Of a stretch of 41,879 nt of DNA, positions 1 to 9,501 are shown piece by piece. Position numbers and translations under genes: made by a program. The DNA is from an uncultured virus (IMG/VR IMGVR_UViG_3300029953_000002) (lineage: Duplodnaviria > Heunggongvirae > Uroviricota > Caudoviricetes), in IMG/VR virus record IMGVR_UViG_3300029953_000002; one strand, written 5' to 3'. The notes below the pieces were generated by a model. It was not told the origin of the DNA and ran no database searches. It saw only the letters and a program-made list of their open reading frames with translations. The number at the start of each line of letters is the position of its first letter. Positions within the stretch are counted from its first letter, which is position 1.

Positions 1-1138
1 ATCTAGCTAAAGATGTTTTATAGATTGGTTGACGTACTTGTGAGAAACTACTAGTCTTTACAATTCGATCGTTATTATAAAATTCCAAACATTTTTTATC
101 CCACGGCACACCAATATATTCTAATAAACGACGTGCTTCTTTTTCTGTATCAATCACTATGTTTTCGTAACTTACTTCATGTACAGTACCGGGTGGTAAT
201 ATAGATTCCCAATGTTTCATGTGTTTACGATAACGAACATAGAAACGACCTAACTCACCTTGATCGTAAGAAAAAGGTACATTGCGATCTTTAAACAATC
301 TCGTATAGCAAGAGAAGCATGAATCCATTGGATCTCTTGTAGCGTGAATAAATTTCGCATTTGGAAACATCAAATACATAATGCCTAAATAGAAACTATT
401 AGCTGGCATTTTATCGACAAGGTATTTTGTATTTGGAGCTACTTCCCACGCTTCGTTAATATAGTTTTCACCGATTAATCTAAATGTCTCTGGAGTGAAA
501 TCTAATACACTTTGTGGAAAGTATTTTGCAAATGATTTTTCTGGTAATTGATCAATTATTGTTTTACTCACAAGCGCTAATTCACCTGCTCCATGAATGC
601 TTGGAACAGTATCTAAAATTTGTTCAATTAACGTAGTACCTGAACGTGGCATTCCCATAATAAAAATTGGTACTCGCTCTTCATTACTTATTGGTCTACT
701 ACGTTTACTCATCCATTCTTTAGTGAATCCTTTTATTGTTCTTTTCAACAATAAATCTTCTGAGAAATCACTCCAGTTAACTTTTGTACGCGTTATGTTA
801 TTGCCGTTTGTATACGCTTCAAATGCGCCTGTGTAATTACCTGTGTCTTCTCGCATCTTACCAAGTGTAAACCAAAATTTTTCATGCAGTGGTGCTGGTA
901 AACCGGATATCTTTGATACTCGATCTTCCAACATCTGTACATGCGGATCATCTTTTTTATAAGAACGAAGTAATGAGATGCCGTAGTGCGCTTGAACGAA
1001 ACCAGGTTCTCTAGCTACGACATCGCTGTATGCAGAAATAGCCTCATCTAATTTTCCTTGATCTAATAACATATTACCGTAGTTAAATAGATCGTCAAGT
1101 GTTTCCCCAACAAACGATGGGCACGCAACATCACTCAT
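1..1138 (-). CDS. TPR-repeat sulfotransferase family protein (runs off the window start)
   Basis: Not in the ORF track; manual translation from ATG 1138 (AAGGA upstream): MSDVACPSF...LLDQGKLDEAISAYSDVVAREPGFVQAHYG (TPR) ... PIFIMGMPRSGTTLIEQIL (5'-PSB loop) ... VDKMPAN ... FPNAKFIHATRDPMDSCFSCY (3'-PB) ... YENIV ... SQVRQPIYKTS. Confidence 0.9.
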   Translation of the reverse strand, partial: MSDVACPSFVGETLDDLFNYGNMLLDQGKLDEAISAYSDVVAREPGFVQAHYGISLLRSYKKDDPHVQMLEDRVSKISGLPAPLHEKFWFTLGKMREDTGNYTGAFEAYTNGNNITRTKVNWSDFSEDLLLKRTIKGFTKEWMSKRSRPISNEERVPIFIMGMPRSGTTLIEQILDTVPSIHGAGELALVSKTIIDQLPEKSFAKYFPQSVLDFTPETFRLIGENYINEAWEVAPNTKYLVDKMPANSFYLGIMYLMFPNAKFIHATRDPMDSCFSCYTRLFKDRNVPFSYDQGELGRFYVRYRKHMKHWESILPPGTVHEVSYENIVIDTEKEARRLLEYIGVPWDKKCLEFYNNDRIVKTSSFSQVRQPIYKTSLAR

Positions 1139-1208
1139 TTAATTTCCTTAAAAAAAAAAATAACTGTTAGCTTACGAAAAAAAAATGTAAGCTAACATAA
1201 AACTATTA

Positions 1209-1883
1209 TTAACTAGCGGCAACAGGAGCCTGCGGTGTAAAAGTACTCTGCATATTTAATTCTGGAACACCAATCAATTTGCCATCCTGATCAAGATGAT
1301 GCACGATAGCACCAGTATGGTGAATTACAACAATGGCTTTTGGACCAAAACCTGGGCCAAACATAACTGGTTGTTTTAGAGTGCCGTTTGAGTCCATTCC
1401 AGCAAACACATTCAGTGGTAACGTACCCGCAGCCCAACCACTTAACACATTAAGTGTGTCGATTGCATTAGCTGTAATAAAATAACGAAGATCTTTTTTG
1501 ACTTCGTTTTTATTTTTATTATCAGTAGGTGGATTTAAAATATCTTTTAGTTTATTCTCATCATCTTGAATAACGATCGACATTTCCGTAAAAGGAATGA
1601 CGTTATGTCGAGCAGCGACTGGTGTTGGAGCCGGAGCAATGGCTGATACAATTTGAGATGGGACTGGCGTGTCTAGAACTGCCACAGGAGCTTCTACAAT
1701 AGGAGTCACTGGTGTTGTATCAACTGTATCTTGCGTGGCTGTAGACACGTTTCCTTCATTAGTATCAACAACTGTTCCTACTGCCGGGTCGGTTGTATTT
1801 GTTGTAGACACTTCAGGCAGAACTGGGTTATCTGCTGCTGTAGTAGTTTGACCAGACGGGAAAACTGTATTAGTAATAGACAT
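1209..1883 (-). CDS. Hypothetical protein with Thr/Pro/Val/Ala-rich low-complexity N-terminus
   Basis: 224-aa ORF, AAGGA RBS, hairpin downstream at ~1164-1196. Confidence 0.8.
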   Translation of the reverse strand: MSITNTVFPSGQTTTAADNPVLPEVSTTNTTDPAVGTVVDTNEGNVSTATQDTVDTTPVTPIVEAPVAVLDTPVPSQIVSAIAPAPTPVAARHNVIPFTEMSIVIQDDENKLKDILNPPTDNKNKNEVKKDLRYFITANAIDTLNVLSGWAAGTLPLNVFAGMDSNGTLKQPVMFGPGFGPKAIVVIHHTGAIVHHLDQDGKLIGVPELNMQSTFTPQAPVAAS

Positions 1884-1905
1884 TTCTTTTTCCTTTATAT
1901 TGAAT

Positions 1906-1963
1906 AATTTACACGGTTAAATTTTAGTGAGTTACTTCATAAACAAAGTTAACCGTGTAAATT
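1906..1963. repeat. 15-bp perfect inverted repeat with 28-nt spacer
   Basis: AATTTACACGGTTAA (1906-1920) / TTAACCGTGTAAATT (1949-1963). Confidence 0.8.
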
Positions 1964-2164
1964 TTATTTCATTTCGATAATTTCTAACACAGTAGTGATT
2001 GCTTTCCAGCGATGATTGGCAAAGTTCCAAATAGCTGAACCTTTTTTTAAATCTTTATTTTCGACATCGGATTTAGCTGTCTTAACGAAAGCACGGATAG
2101 CTTGTTCGACGGCGATTACTTCATCATTACTTAATTTTTTACCATTAACAACTATTGTCGTCAT
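1964..2164 (-). CDS. Hypothetical protein
   Basis: 66-aa ORF, GAGGA RBS, in operon. Confidence 0.7.
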   Translation of the reverse strand: MTTIVVNGKKLSNDEVIAVEQAIRAFVKTAKSDVENKDLKKGSAIWNFANHRWKAITTVLEIIEMK

Positions 2165-2177
2165 TCGCTGTTTCCTC

Positions 2178-2528
2178 TTATTTTGTTTCTGATTTCAGAG
2201 CAGGATTATTTACAAACTCATAAAAACAATTACGAAGGCCGTTTGTTATTAGTTTAATACTACTAATTTTATCTTCGGCTTCTTCTGTTATATCTCGTAT
2301 TTGTTTATTAGAAATCTCTTCTACTTCAATAATGAATTTTTCTGCTCTATCAGAAGAACATGGTAAATCTAACTGATCGTTATAAATAGCTTCGATTCTT
2401 ATTAGATTACCAACTAAATAAATACAAGTTACAGCAGGACGAAGCTTGTCTTCATGCTCAAAAGGTTTACCATTTGCATATACAACAGTGCCGTTTGGAC
2501 AAATAAAAAAGCCTTTTGGAAAATTCAT
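2178..2528 (-). CDS. Hypothetical protein
   Basis: 116-aa ORF with ATGA overlap to the upstream gene. Confidence 0.7.
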   Translation of the reverse strand: MNFPKGFFICPNGTVVYANGKPFEHEDKLRPAVTCIYLVGNLIRIEAIYNDQLDLPCSSDRAEKFIIEVEEISNKQIRDITEEAEDKISSIKLITNGLRNCFYEFVNNPALKSETK

Positions 2529-2857
2529 TGTTTTTTATCCCCAGAATAAACAGAACCATTAATTACCCACTGGGTCCGTTTTACTGGAAGCGGGATATGA
2601 AGAAGATGATTTATATACACACGCCCTCGTTCTGTTATTTCATATCTTGGTCTGTCTTGACCTATCGCGGCTTGAGAATAATCTTTAGGTTGTAGTAAGT
2701 TTGCTTTATGAACAAACTTACTTATAATGGATTCTTCTTGGCTGTCATTAAATAACGCGGGTGGGTAATCTGTTGTATCGTTATAATAACGCAACAGAAT
2801 AGTAATCTCGATTGAATTCAATATTCCATCTAGTGGTTTATCTGAACTAGTAGGCAT
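2525..2857 (-). CDS. Hypothetical protein, possible winged-helix domain
   Basis: 110 aa, AAGGA RBS; YEITERGRVY resembles the wHTH wing motif Y-x-[IL]-T-x-x-G. Confidence 0.65.
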   Translation of the reverse strand: MPTSSDKPLDGILNSIEITILLRYYNDTTDYPPALFNDSQEESIISKFVHKANLLQPKDYSQAAIGQDRPRYEITERGRVYINHLLHIPLPVKRTQWVINGSVYSGDKKQ

Positions 2858-2928
2858 AATTTTCCTTTGTTATTTAGAGGGCATTTCCCGTTCATGAATG
2901 GAGAGAATTTTCATTCTCTCCACTATCA

Positions 2929-4473
2929 TTATAAAACATTACTTATAAATACACTTTTATACGTCAATGCTCTATCTTCCAATAATACGCGTTTACGTTC
3001 ATGATACTCTATATGTTTAGCTATGTCTTCACAAACAAAATAAGCAAATGTTGGAGTTCGACCATCTTTCAATTCTCTTAAACGACCAAACCCTTGTATA
3101 TTAGCTTGACTACTAGTTACAGCTGTTGTCAATATAACAGTTGTCAATTGATCTATATCGACAGCAGTCCCAGCAGATTCTAATGTGGTGACTGAAATAT
3201 CTGCCTGAAGAAGGTTTTCAAATACGTCTTCTTCTACATATCGTCTAATGTCTAAATGTTTATATTTATCCTTAAGAAAATTAGTTAATAAGGTACACAT
3301 GTCTATAGATTTACAGTAGACGATAGCCTTATCGCCTTTCTTATAATTCTGTTTATACGTGCCTTCTAATGTTTGATATACTAATTCAAAATAATGTTTT
3401 GTTAAATCAAAATTCTTTAGAATACTTTGCTCAAACTGATGATGGGTATAGCTATGTGAATTGTATTCCTTTGTTCTTATTTTATCCGGATTCTTCACTT
3501 TGTAAATAACTGCCATACTAGCAATATATTTTTTATATGCCGGGCCTCTACAACGATACGCTGCGGGATAAGCAATTTCGTACATGTTATTCAAAAACGC
3601 ATCGTCTGACACTAGCGTGGCTGATAACGATATAGAATGCGGCACATTGGTATAAAGGTCTATCTTAAAATTCAAATGAAAATCTTGATGTACTTCGTCA
3701 ATTAAACGAATACCTACACCTAAGTGCTGGCAATAATTTTCAGGGAGACAAGCATACCCCATATCGAGAGTTTCTTCTCTGAATTTTTCATACAACTTAA
3801 TCCAATTCTGAAACGTCTTATTACTAATGATAATAACCTTTGTTTCAAGTTCACCAGTTTCAGCTTCTAATAATAATTCTTGTAGTTGATCTGAACCTCT
3901 AATTACTAATATATCTTCAAATGCGATATCGTAGGTTCTTCGCATATCTAGAACCCATTTTTCAATATACATTGGCTTTACTATAATGCAAGTACGTTCG
4001 CCAAGTATTTGCATCGCTCTCATTGAACAGAACGATTTACCTAATCCTGTAGCTAAATTTACAAATTTTAAAACAGGAGGATTATGGCTTACCAAATATT
4101 CAATTACTGGGATTTGATAATCCCTATCTTTCCATTCAGACTTAACATCAAACGTCACTTTTATAGGAACAGGTACAGGCTTTTGTACCTCTGCAACTAA
4201 ATCCCCAGTAAGATAATGATATTCTAAATGGCGTTTAAATTCTTCTAGTTGATTAATGTGAAAACGAAATTCACATCTATCCGCTGTAGACGCGGCAAAC
4301 ACTTTTAACGCGACACGTGAAAATGGACTGTTGTATGATGTTTTAACAATCCCGTATAAAACATATTTTCTTGCAAACGTTTCTATTGCTGCTCTAGCAC
4401 GAGGGGTAATGTTAGTCACGACAAAATTATGACTAGACATTACAATTGTTAATTCAGCCATACTGTAATCCAT
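2929..4473 (-). CDS. Superfamily 2 DExH helicase (phiKZ gp75-like)
   Basis: Q-motif RDYQ, Walker A ATGLGKS, DEVH, motif III SAT, motif VI QGFGRLR; syntenic after nvRNAP genes. Confidence 0.92.
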   Translation of the reverse strand: MDYSMAELTIVMSSHNFVVTNITPRARAAIETFARKYVLYGIVKTSYNSPFSRVALKVFAASTADRCEFRFHINQLEEFKRHLEYHYLTGDLVAEVQKPVPVPIKVTFDVKSEWKDRDYQIPVIEYLVSHNPPVLKFVNLATGLGKSFCSMRAMQILGERTCIIVKPMYIEKWVLDMRRTYDIAFEDILVIRGSDQLQELLLEAETGELETKVIIISNKTFQNWIKLYEKFREETLDMGYACLPENYCQHLGVGIRLIDEVHQDFHLNFKIDLYTNVPHSISLSATLVSDDAFLNNMYEIAYPAAYRCRGPAYKKYIASMAVIYKVKNPDKIRTKEYNSHSYTHHQFEQSILKNFDLTKHYFELVYQTLEGTYKQNYKKGDKAIVYCKSIDMCTLLTNFLKDKYKHLDIRRYVEEDVFENLLQADISVTTLESAGTAVDIDQLTTVILTTAVTSSQANIQGFGRLRELKDGRTPTFAYFVCEDIAKHIEYHERKRVLLEDRALTYKSVFISNVL

Positions 4474-4525
4474 TTAATTAAGATGGTCAGGTAGGCCAAT
4501 CCTACCTGACCATTATCGTTACTTA

Positions 4526-6550
4526 CTAGCTTATGTCTCCTAATACTTCATATGGTAATAACAATGCGTCAAAAATGTGATTTGGTCTATTTGTATTAAT
4601 AAAACTCATCGGTTTAATAAGCACGTCCCGATGTCCTTCATAGGCCATTGCTGTTGATAGACTGCGCTGTTGCATCGACATCTTAGTTACTCCAAGCGCT
4701 GATCTTGTCCAAGGCTTTGGTAAACTATAATCATTATTATCAGCAGAAACAATCATAATCCCGTACAACACTACTTCAAGTACTGCTAGATTAACTACCA
4801 GTTTTTCATTAACTAAATCGTACAATTCTTGAAGTACATATGCCGGTGATACATTCTTATCTCGTTCCTGCATTTTATCAACAGAAGATTCCAACATAGC
4901 AGCTATGGCGCCACTATGGTCAGACATGTTGATATGTTTTAATGGCAGTGTTAAAAACGGTTTAGTCCAATCCCAATTTGACATATCAAAATAGTAATCA
5001 CCACCAGCATCGATTGTCCATCGGTTTTCTCGTATTAGTTTAAGCATATCTAAAGTCATGCTAGCTAAACGTCTACCTACTGAAACGTCAATTCCAATTG
5101 GATCGGCATCATCTATTTTAATACTAATTTTAGATAACTCAGATACTCGACCGATGTTCAAGTCATCAATATTTTTTATTTCTATTACATCTGTTAAGTT
5201 CTTGGCGTCGTCTTCTAAGATTATGAATTGTACTTTCTTTCCTTTTAGATTATCCGCTAGCCAATATGAATTTTCATCAGAAGGATCAATTCTTAAATAT
5301 TTACGATGTTCACTTTCTAGAATAATCCCTTCTACAGCAGAGCTACCGTCAAGATGCTTTAACGATAGTACGTTCTGCGATGATTTTGAAGCAAGGGCAG
5401 TGCAACATACTTGACCTATGTTAGTGTCTTTCGGAACAGATAACGACAGTTGACCAAAACAAACACTGCAAATACCATACGGATCAGGATGTCTACAATG
5501 TATAACTGATCGAAGTTTTAATGTTCTCCCAATTAATTCATGACTGTCTGCATGAATGGTCTTTAATACACCGTCGTCATCCATGTAGTTTTTTCCAATC
5601 AGCTGCTTCAAATCTCCTTGGCGAACAGAGCCTTTTCTATTTTCTGTTTTTCTTACATTCCAATATACATATTCAGTTGACCCGCAATCACCAGTGTGTA
5701 AATTACAAACGATCTGCGACATCAGTTGCAGACGTCTAGAAAAGTACTCGGCTTGTTGTAATGGAGTTTTACTAAATGACAGACTCTTTGCAGCTGACCG
5801 AGATTCAATTAAAGAATCATGCAACAAACGTATTCCTTGTGCAAATCCACGAACAATTGGGTGCCTAAATACATTTGAATCAACATCGGTCAAAACACCT
5901 CTAGCACTAACGCATTGTTGCACTTGTCCCATGCTTACTAAATTAGACCTAGATGCTTTTGATATAGCGTTATTAGGTAATTCTTTACCGCTCATCAAAA
6001 CACTCTTTACAATTTTGTGCGTGTCTTCTATATCCTTCTGTCCTGGATTTGGGAGTTCTTGAAGTCTGGTATTAGCTTCGCGGATTGTTGGGTTATTTAA
6101 TACCTCGATGAAGTCTGTTATATCTAGCGATACGACATATTCTTCTAAACGATAGGATAAATCGTTATACATCGCATTCGTATAACGATAAATGCGTTCG
6201 CATAACTTATCCCTAAAATCATACTCAAATTCAATATTTGATTTATCCTCAGGATGTGTTTCGAAATGGTTATCATACACGGACCACATTGCATTGCCGA
6301 GTAACTCTAAATGAGTATCAGAACCAAGGCGCTTACTATCACCCAATATATTGGTAAGATGGTGTTTTGGCAATAAAGGCGTATCTTGAAATTCTCGATG
6401 AAAATCCCATGAATATGAACTATAGAGCGTTGCCCTATCATTCGTGCTAACGATTTCTCCGTTATCGAATACAAGATCAAAAGACCCTGTTAATATATCC
6501 CATAACTCTTTAGTTGTATATTTAAGTAACGTTCTTGCTAATATTTTCAT
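4526..6550 (-). CDS. Non-virion RNA polymerase beta' C-terminal subunit (phiKZ gp74-like)
   Basis: Bridge-helix-like ESRSAAKSL...AEYFSRRLQL, DCGS, ICSVCFG Zn site, trigger-loop-like NIGQ...SQNVLSLKH. Confidence 0.9.
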   Translation of the reverse strand: MKILARTLLKYTTKELWDILTGSFDLVFDNGEIVSTNDRATLYSSYSWDFHREFQDTPLLPKHHLTNILGDSKRLGSDTHLELLGNAMWSVYDNHFETHPEDKSNIEFEYDFRDKLCERIYRYTNAMYNDLSYRLEEYVVSLDITDFIEVLNNPTIREANTRLQELPNPGQKDIEDTHKIVKSVLMSGKELPNNAISKASRSNLVSMGQVQQCVSARGVLTDVDSNVFRHPIVRGFAQGIRLLHDSLIESRSAAKSLSFSKTPLQQAEYFSRRLQLMSQIVCNLHTGDCGSTEYVYWNVRKTENRKGSVRQGDLKQLIGKNYMDDDGVLKTIHADSHELIGRTLKLRSVIHCRHPDPYGICSVCFGQLSLSVPKDTNIGQVCCTALASKSSQNVLSLKHLDGSSAVEGIILESEHRKYLRIDPSDENSYWLADNLKGKKVQFIILEDDAKNLTDVIEIKNIDDLNIGRVSELSKISIKIDDADPIGIDVSVGRRLASMTLDMLKLIRENRWTIDAGGDYYFDMSNWDWTKPFLTLPLKHINMSDHSGAIAAMLESSVDKMQERDKNVSPAYVLQELYDLVNEKLVVNLAVLEVVLYGIMIVSADNNDYSLPKPWTRSALGVTKMSMQQRSLSTAMAYEGHRDVLIKPMSFINTNRPNHIFDALLLPYEVLGDIS

Positions 6551-6580
6551 TAGTATTCCTTTTTAGTATACGTAAATTAC

Positions 6581-8755
6581 TTATTTATACACAACTGTCT
6601 GATCACTTTCCCAGTTAGGTTTATAGTCTCTGTATATAAAAGACAATCCGCTACATTCTGAAATATGTTTAACGAGACTTAACGGTCTCGCTCCTCCTAA
6701 TGGTAAAATCTTTCTATCCACTGCCGATTGAATTGCTGTGGGTTTATCAGCGCCTAGAATACTATACAAAATTTGTTTATGTGCAGCTGGGTTATTATTA
6801 CGATCGAGAATATCAGCAGTTACTTTTGCACCAGCGTATGCTGCATAGATACGAACCTCAGACTCTCCAAGAGCACGAATTGCTTGTTGTCGAGATGGGT
6901 GTGAATGTTTATCAGTATTAGTAACTTGAGACAATACTCCAAAATGTTGTAGTTTGCCGCTGGACACAGCTGTCCAGTCGTCGCCTGTTTTCTCTAACAA
7001 AATCATATACACACCGCCAATGCGTACATTATTTTTAGTAATAACGCGTTTACCAGAGTTACCAATGTAACTAACAGGGCCGTACACTGGTTTATAAAAC
7101 ATTTCTAATTGTTTAATTATTTCTTCTGATTCTGGTTCGTTTTCAGGAGGCATATATAGATAAATGCCATCTTTAATAACTGATGCTAGATGATCAATAC
7201 GACGGCCTTTATACTCACCATCTGTAAACCAGACGTGCATCTTTGGAGAAACAATATTATAATAACCTAACAAATATTTCCAAGCGCGATCTATGGAATC
7301 TGGTTGGGTTAGTTCAAGTGTGCTTAGAACTGTTTTAATCTCATGCTCGGAATAACTATCCATTGTTGTCTTGTGTTTAGCGGTTGTAGCACCAAAGAAC
7401 CAAGGATGAATATCATTCTTTATTTTAATAACAACATCACGACTAGCCGCATTAATGTATTGTTCGTATAATCGACCAATATTCATTCGTGAAATAGTAG
7501 AATTAGGGTCCATCACGATATCTGCCCGATTACCGTTTTCATCCACAGGCATTTCATCCGGTTCAGCGACGTGTACGATAACTCCCTTACCACCGTGACA
7601 ATCTGACAATTTAAATCCTGTAATAGGTTCAATGTCATACTCGATTGTAAACTCCACACGCCAGTCATCTAATTGTGCTTGGCGATACAGTTTAATAATC
7701 CGGTGTTGGTCGCTATCTACAACAGATAGTGCTTCAACTACCATTCTGTGAAATTCAGGAGTAATTCTTAAGTTCTCACGACGATCGCTTTTCAGGCGAT
7801 TATATTCTTCTAGAATTTCCTTATAAAACTCACGTCTAGCTAAGTCGTATTTTTCTACTTGTGTTTCCATTCCAGCAACCGCGTCAGGTGCGCTATTTTG
7901 ACTATCGTGTTGTACGCGAATATCAACAATTCTTCCACCAGCACCAGCTGCGTATGTGATTTTATCAAATACAAAATCTGGCTCCATAAGAGCACTAACA
8001 CTTTGTTCAACTACAGCTAATCCTTTATCGTAGCTTCGAAGACACATCAGAATACCGTCATATCGAACGCGATCCCCTATATCAGGGAATGGCTTGAAGT
8101 TATTTTCATCACCATATAAATTCAAAGCAAAACGTTTACTGCCCCATTCAACTGTACGTTGCTCATAAGTCTTAAAAGCAAATCTTCTTAATACATCTCT
8201 ACTAATAATTACACCGTCTTCAGAAACCGCTGGATGCGTCATGAAAGCCATATTGCACTGAACACCGTACTTATAACCACCGTTTGGTGTAATTGACGGT
8301 GAGTCTAAAAACACGGTTCCTTCTGCTATAGCAGCACCTGGTCGAATATTTCTAATTCCATCTTGTTCTTTATATTCAAAACCAAAGTATTGGTGATAAG
8401 AACAATACTTAACCAAATTAAATATTCCTACTTCTTTAGTAATTGCGTTTTCATAAATTACTAAAGTTTGAGGATTCATCTTAATTGAATCAGCACCTAT
8501 CTTGGGACGATAGCGTGGAATGATCTTGATGATTTCTCCATCGCACGGCATTCTCACTTTGAATGTATATTTACCAAACTCACGCTCAACACCAGTTTGA
8601 CAACGACGCTCTGTAGCGCCATTGACAACAAGTGTCTGCGAAATATGACTCGAGAACATTTGCTCTCGACTACTAGAGTTGTGTTGCCTCCATGGGTTTA
8701 ACCCATTAACTCCCTGAAACTCACGAAAAAGCTGATTAGAAACCTTAGTGCTCAT
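6581..8755 (-). CDS. Non-virion RNA polymerase beta C-terminal subunit (phiKZ gp71-73-like), uninterrupted
   Basis: SSSREQM, SEDG, GFKLSDCHGGKGV, ADIVMDPNSTISRMNIG, RALGESE; start moved to ATG 8755 behind AAGGA. Confidence 0.92.
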   Translation of the reverse strand: MSTKVSNQLFREFQGVNGLNPWRQHNSSSREQMFSSHISQTLVVNGATERRCQTGVEREFGKYTFKVRMPCDGEIIKIIPRYRPKIGADSIKMNPQTLVIYENAITKEVGIFNLVKYCSYHQYFGFEYKEQDGIRNIRPGAAIAEGTVFLDSPSITPNGGYKYGVQCNMAFMTHPAVSEDGVIISRDVLRRFAFKTYEQRTVEWGSKRFALNLYGDENNFKPFPDIGDRVRYDGILMCLRSYDKGLAVVEQSVSALMEPDFVFDKITYAAGAGGRIVDIRVQHDSQNSAPDAVAGMETQVEKYDLARREFYKEILEEYNRLKSDRRENLRITPEFHRMVVEALSVVDSDQHRIIKLYRQAQLDDWRVEFTIEYDIEPITGFKLSDCHGGKGVIVHVAEPDEMPVDENGNRADIVMDPNSTISRMNIGRLYEQYINAASRDVVIKIKNDIHPWFFGATTAKHKTTMDSYSEHEIKTVLSTLELTQPDSIDRAWKYLLGYYNIVSPKMHVWFTDGEYKGRRIDHLASVIKDGIYLYMPPENEPESEEIIKQLEMFYKPVYGPVSYIGNSGKRVITKNNVRIGGVYMILLEKTGDDWTAVSSGKLQHFGVLSQVTNTDKHSHPSRQQAIRALGESEVRIYAAYAGAKVTADILDRNNNPAAHKQILYSILGADKPTAIQSAVDRKILPLGGARPLSLVKHISECSGLSFIYRDYKPNWESDQTVVYK

Positions 8756-8857
8756 AACGTTTTCCTTTATGTACAACATTGTGTTATAACAACTAAATAT
8801 AAATTTGGAAAAATAATAATCTTTATTGTTATTTTTATGATGTCATTACCACACACT

Positions 8858-8881
8858 ACACTTTAGTGATATATCACTAAA
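8858..8881 (-). promoter_or_regulatory. Early-promoter-like motif within a 20-bp perfect palindrome
   Basis: TTTAGTGATATATCACTAAA (8862-8881); variant of the CATATAT-N7-GTGAG family. Confidence 0.65.
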
Positions 8882-8906
8882 AACCTTTACATTAAGAGGA
8901 ACTCTT

Positions 8907-9245
8907 ATGAATGTCGATAGTTTAATGTTTAATCCTGGTAGTGATATTTACTACGATGCGGGGTTTAGAGTTGTTCTAGAAGATCACATGACGTTATTGA
9001 GAAATGATTCAACGACGCAAATCATTGACGTTGCTCCGATGGACGCGTATGTGTACGAGGCTGATCTATTTGGTCTTCTTTCTAAATATGGTGTTGCGCC
9101 ATATTTACACTGGTTAACAATGCGAATGAACGATATGACTTCTCCGTCTGAGAATGATTTGAAATTAACACAGCTATTAATTCCTTACCAAGGAAATATC
9201 GACAAGATACGACAGTCGTATACTAGTGTTAACAGAATTACATAA
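8907..9245 (+). CDS. Small conserved protein, LysM/baseplate-wedge-like
   Basis: GAGGA RBS; pattern DLFGLLSKYG...HWLTMRMND...LLIP resembles LysM-like/T4 gp53-like wedge domains. Confidence 0.6.
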   Translation: MNVDSLMFNPGSDIYYDAGFRVVLEDHMTLLRNDSTTQIIDVAPMDAYVYEADLFGLLSKYGVAPYLHWLTMRMNDMTSPSENDLKLTQLLIPYQGNIDKIRQSYTSVNRIT

Positions 9246-9441
9246 TGTTTAATTCTTTTGTATTTTTATGAAATGTTTCACATGGTAATCCAGCATCTCT
9301 ACATGCGTGGCAGCAAAACCAATACTCATGACCGTTTTCTGAATCTTCATCGCCGGTAAACACGTACTCACTATGACCTATTGTCCCGTGACAATACATG
9401 CAGTATAGTTCTAAATGACCAAATGTCATAAAAGCTTCCAC
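9238..9441 (-). CDS. Small putative Zn-finger protein
   Basis: CMYC...CCHAC...C in 67 aa. Confidence 0.55.
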   Translation of the reverse strand: MEAFMTFGHLELYCMYCHGTIGHSEYVFTGDEDSENGHEYWFCCHACRDAGLPCETFHKNTKELNIM

Positions 9442-9451
9442 ATAGAGAAAA

Positions 9452-9495
9452 AAATAGCATCTAATCTTTTTAAGGATTAGATGCTATTTATGCCG
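9452..9495. terminator. Intrinsic terminator-like hairpin followed by TTTATGCCG
   Basis: AAATAGCATCTAATC / GATTAGATGCTATTT. Confidence 0.75.
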
Positions 9496-9501
9496 TATTA
9501 T

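Noticed and set aside
597..836. Plus-strand 79-aa ORF, and similar antisense ORFs at 1669, 5058-6062, 9825-10084, 11747, 25852, 27313, 36166-36378, 38073, 38242
   Set aside because: Antisense to well-supported genes
6581..8779. Intron or intein in nvRNAP beta or DNA polymerase, as in some relatives
   Set aside because: Both ORFs are continuous and I saw no intein or group I motifs in them
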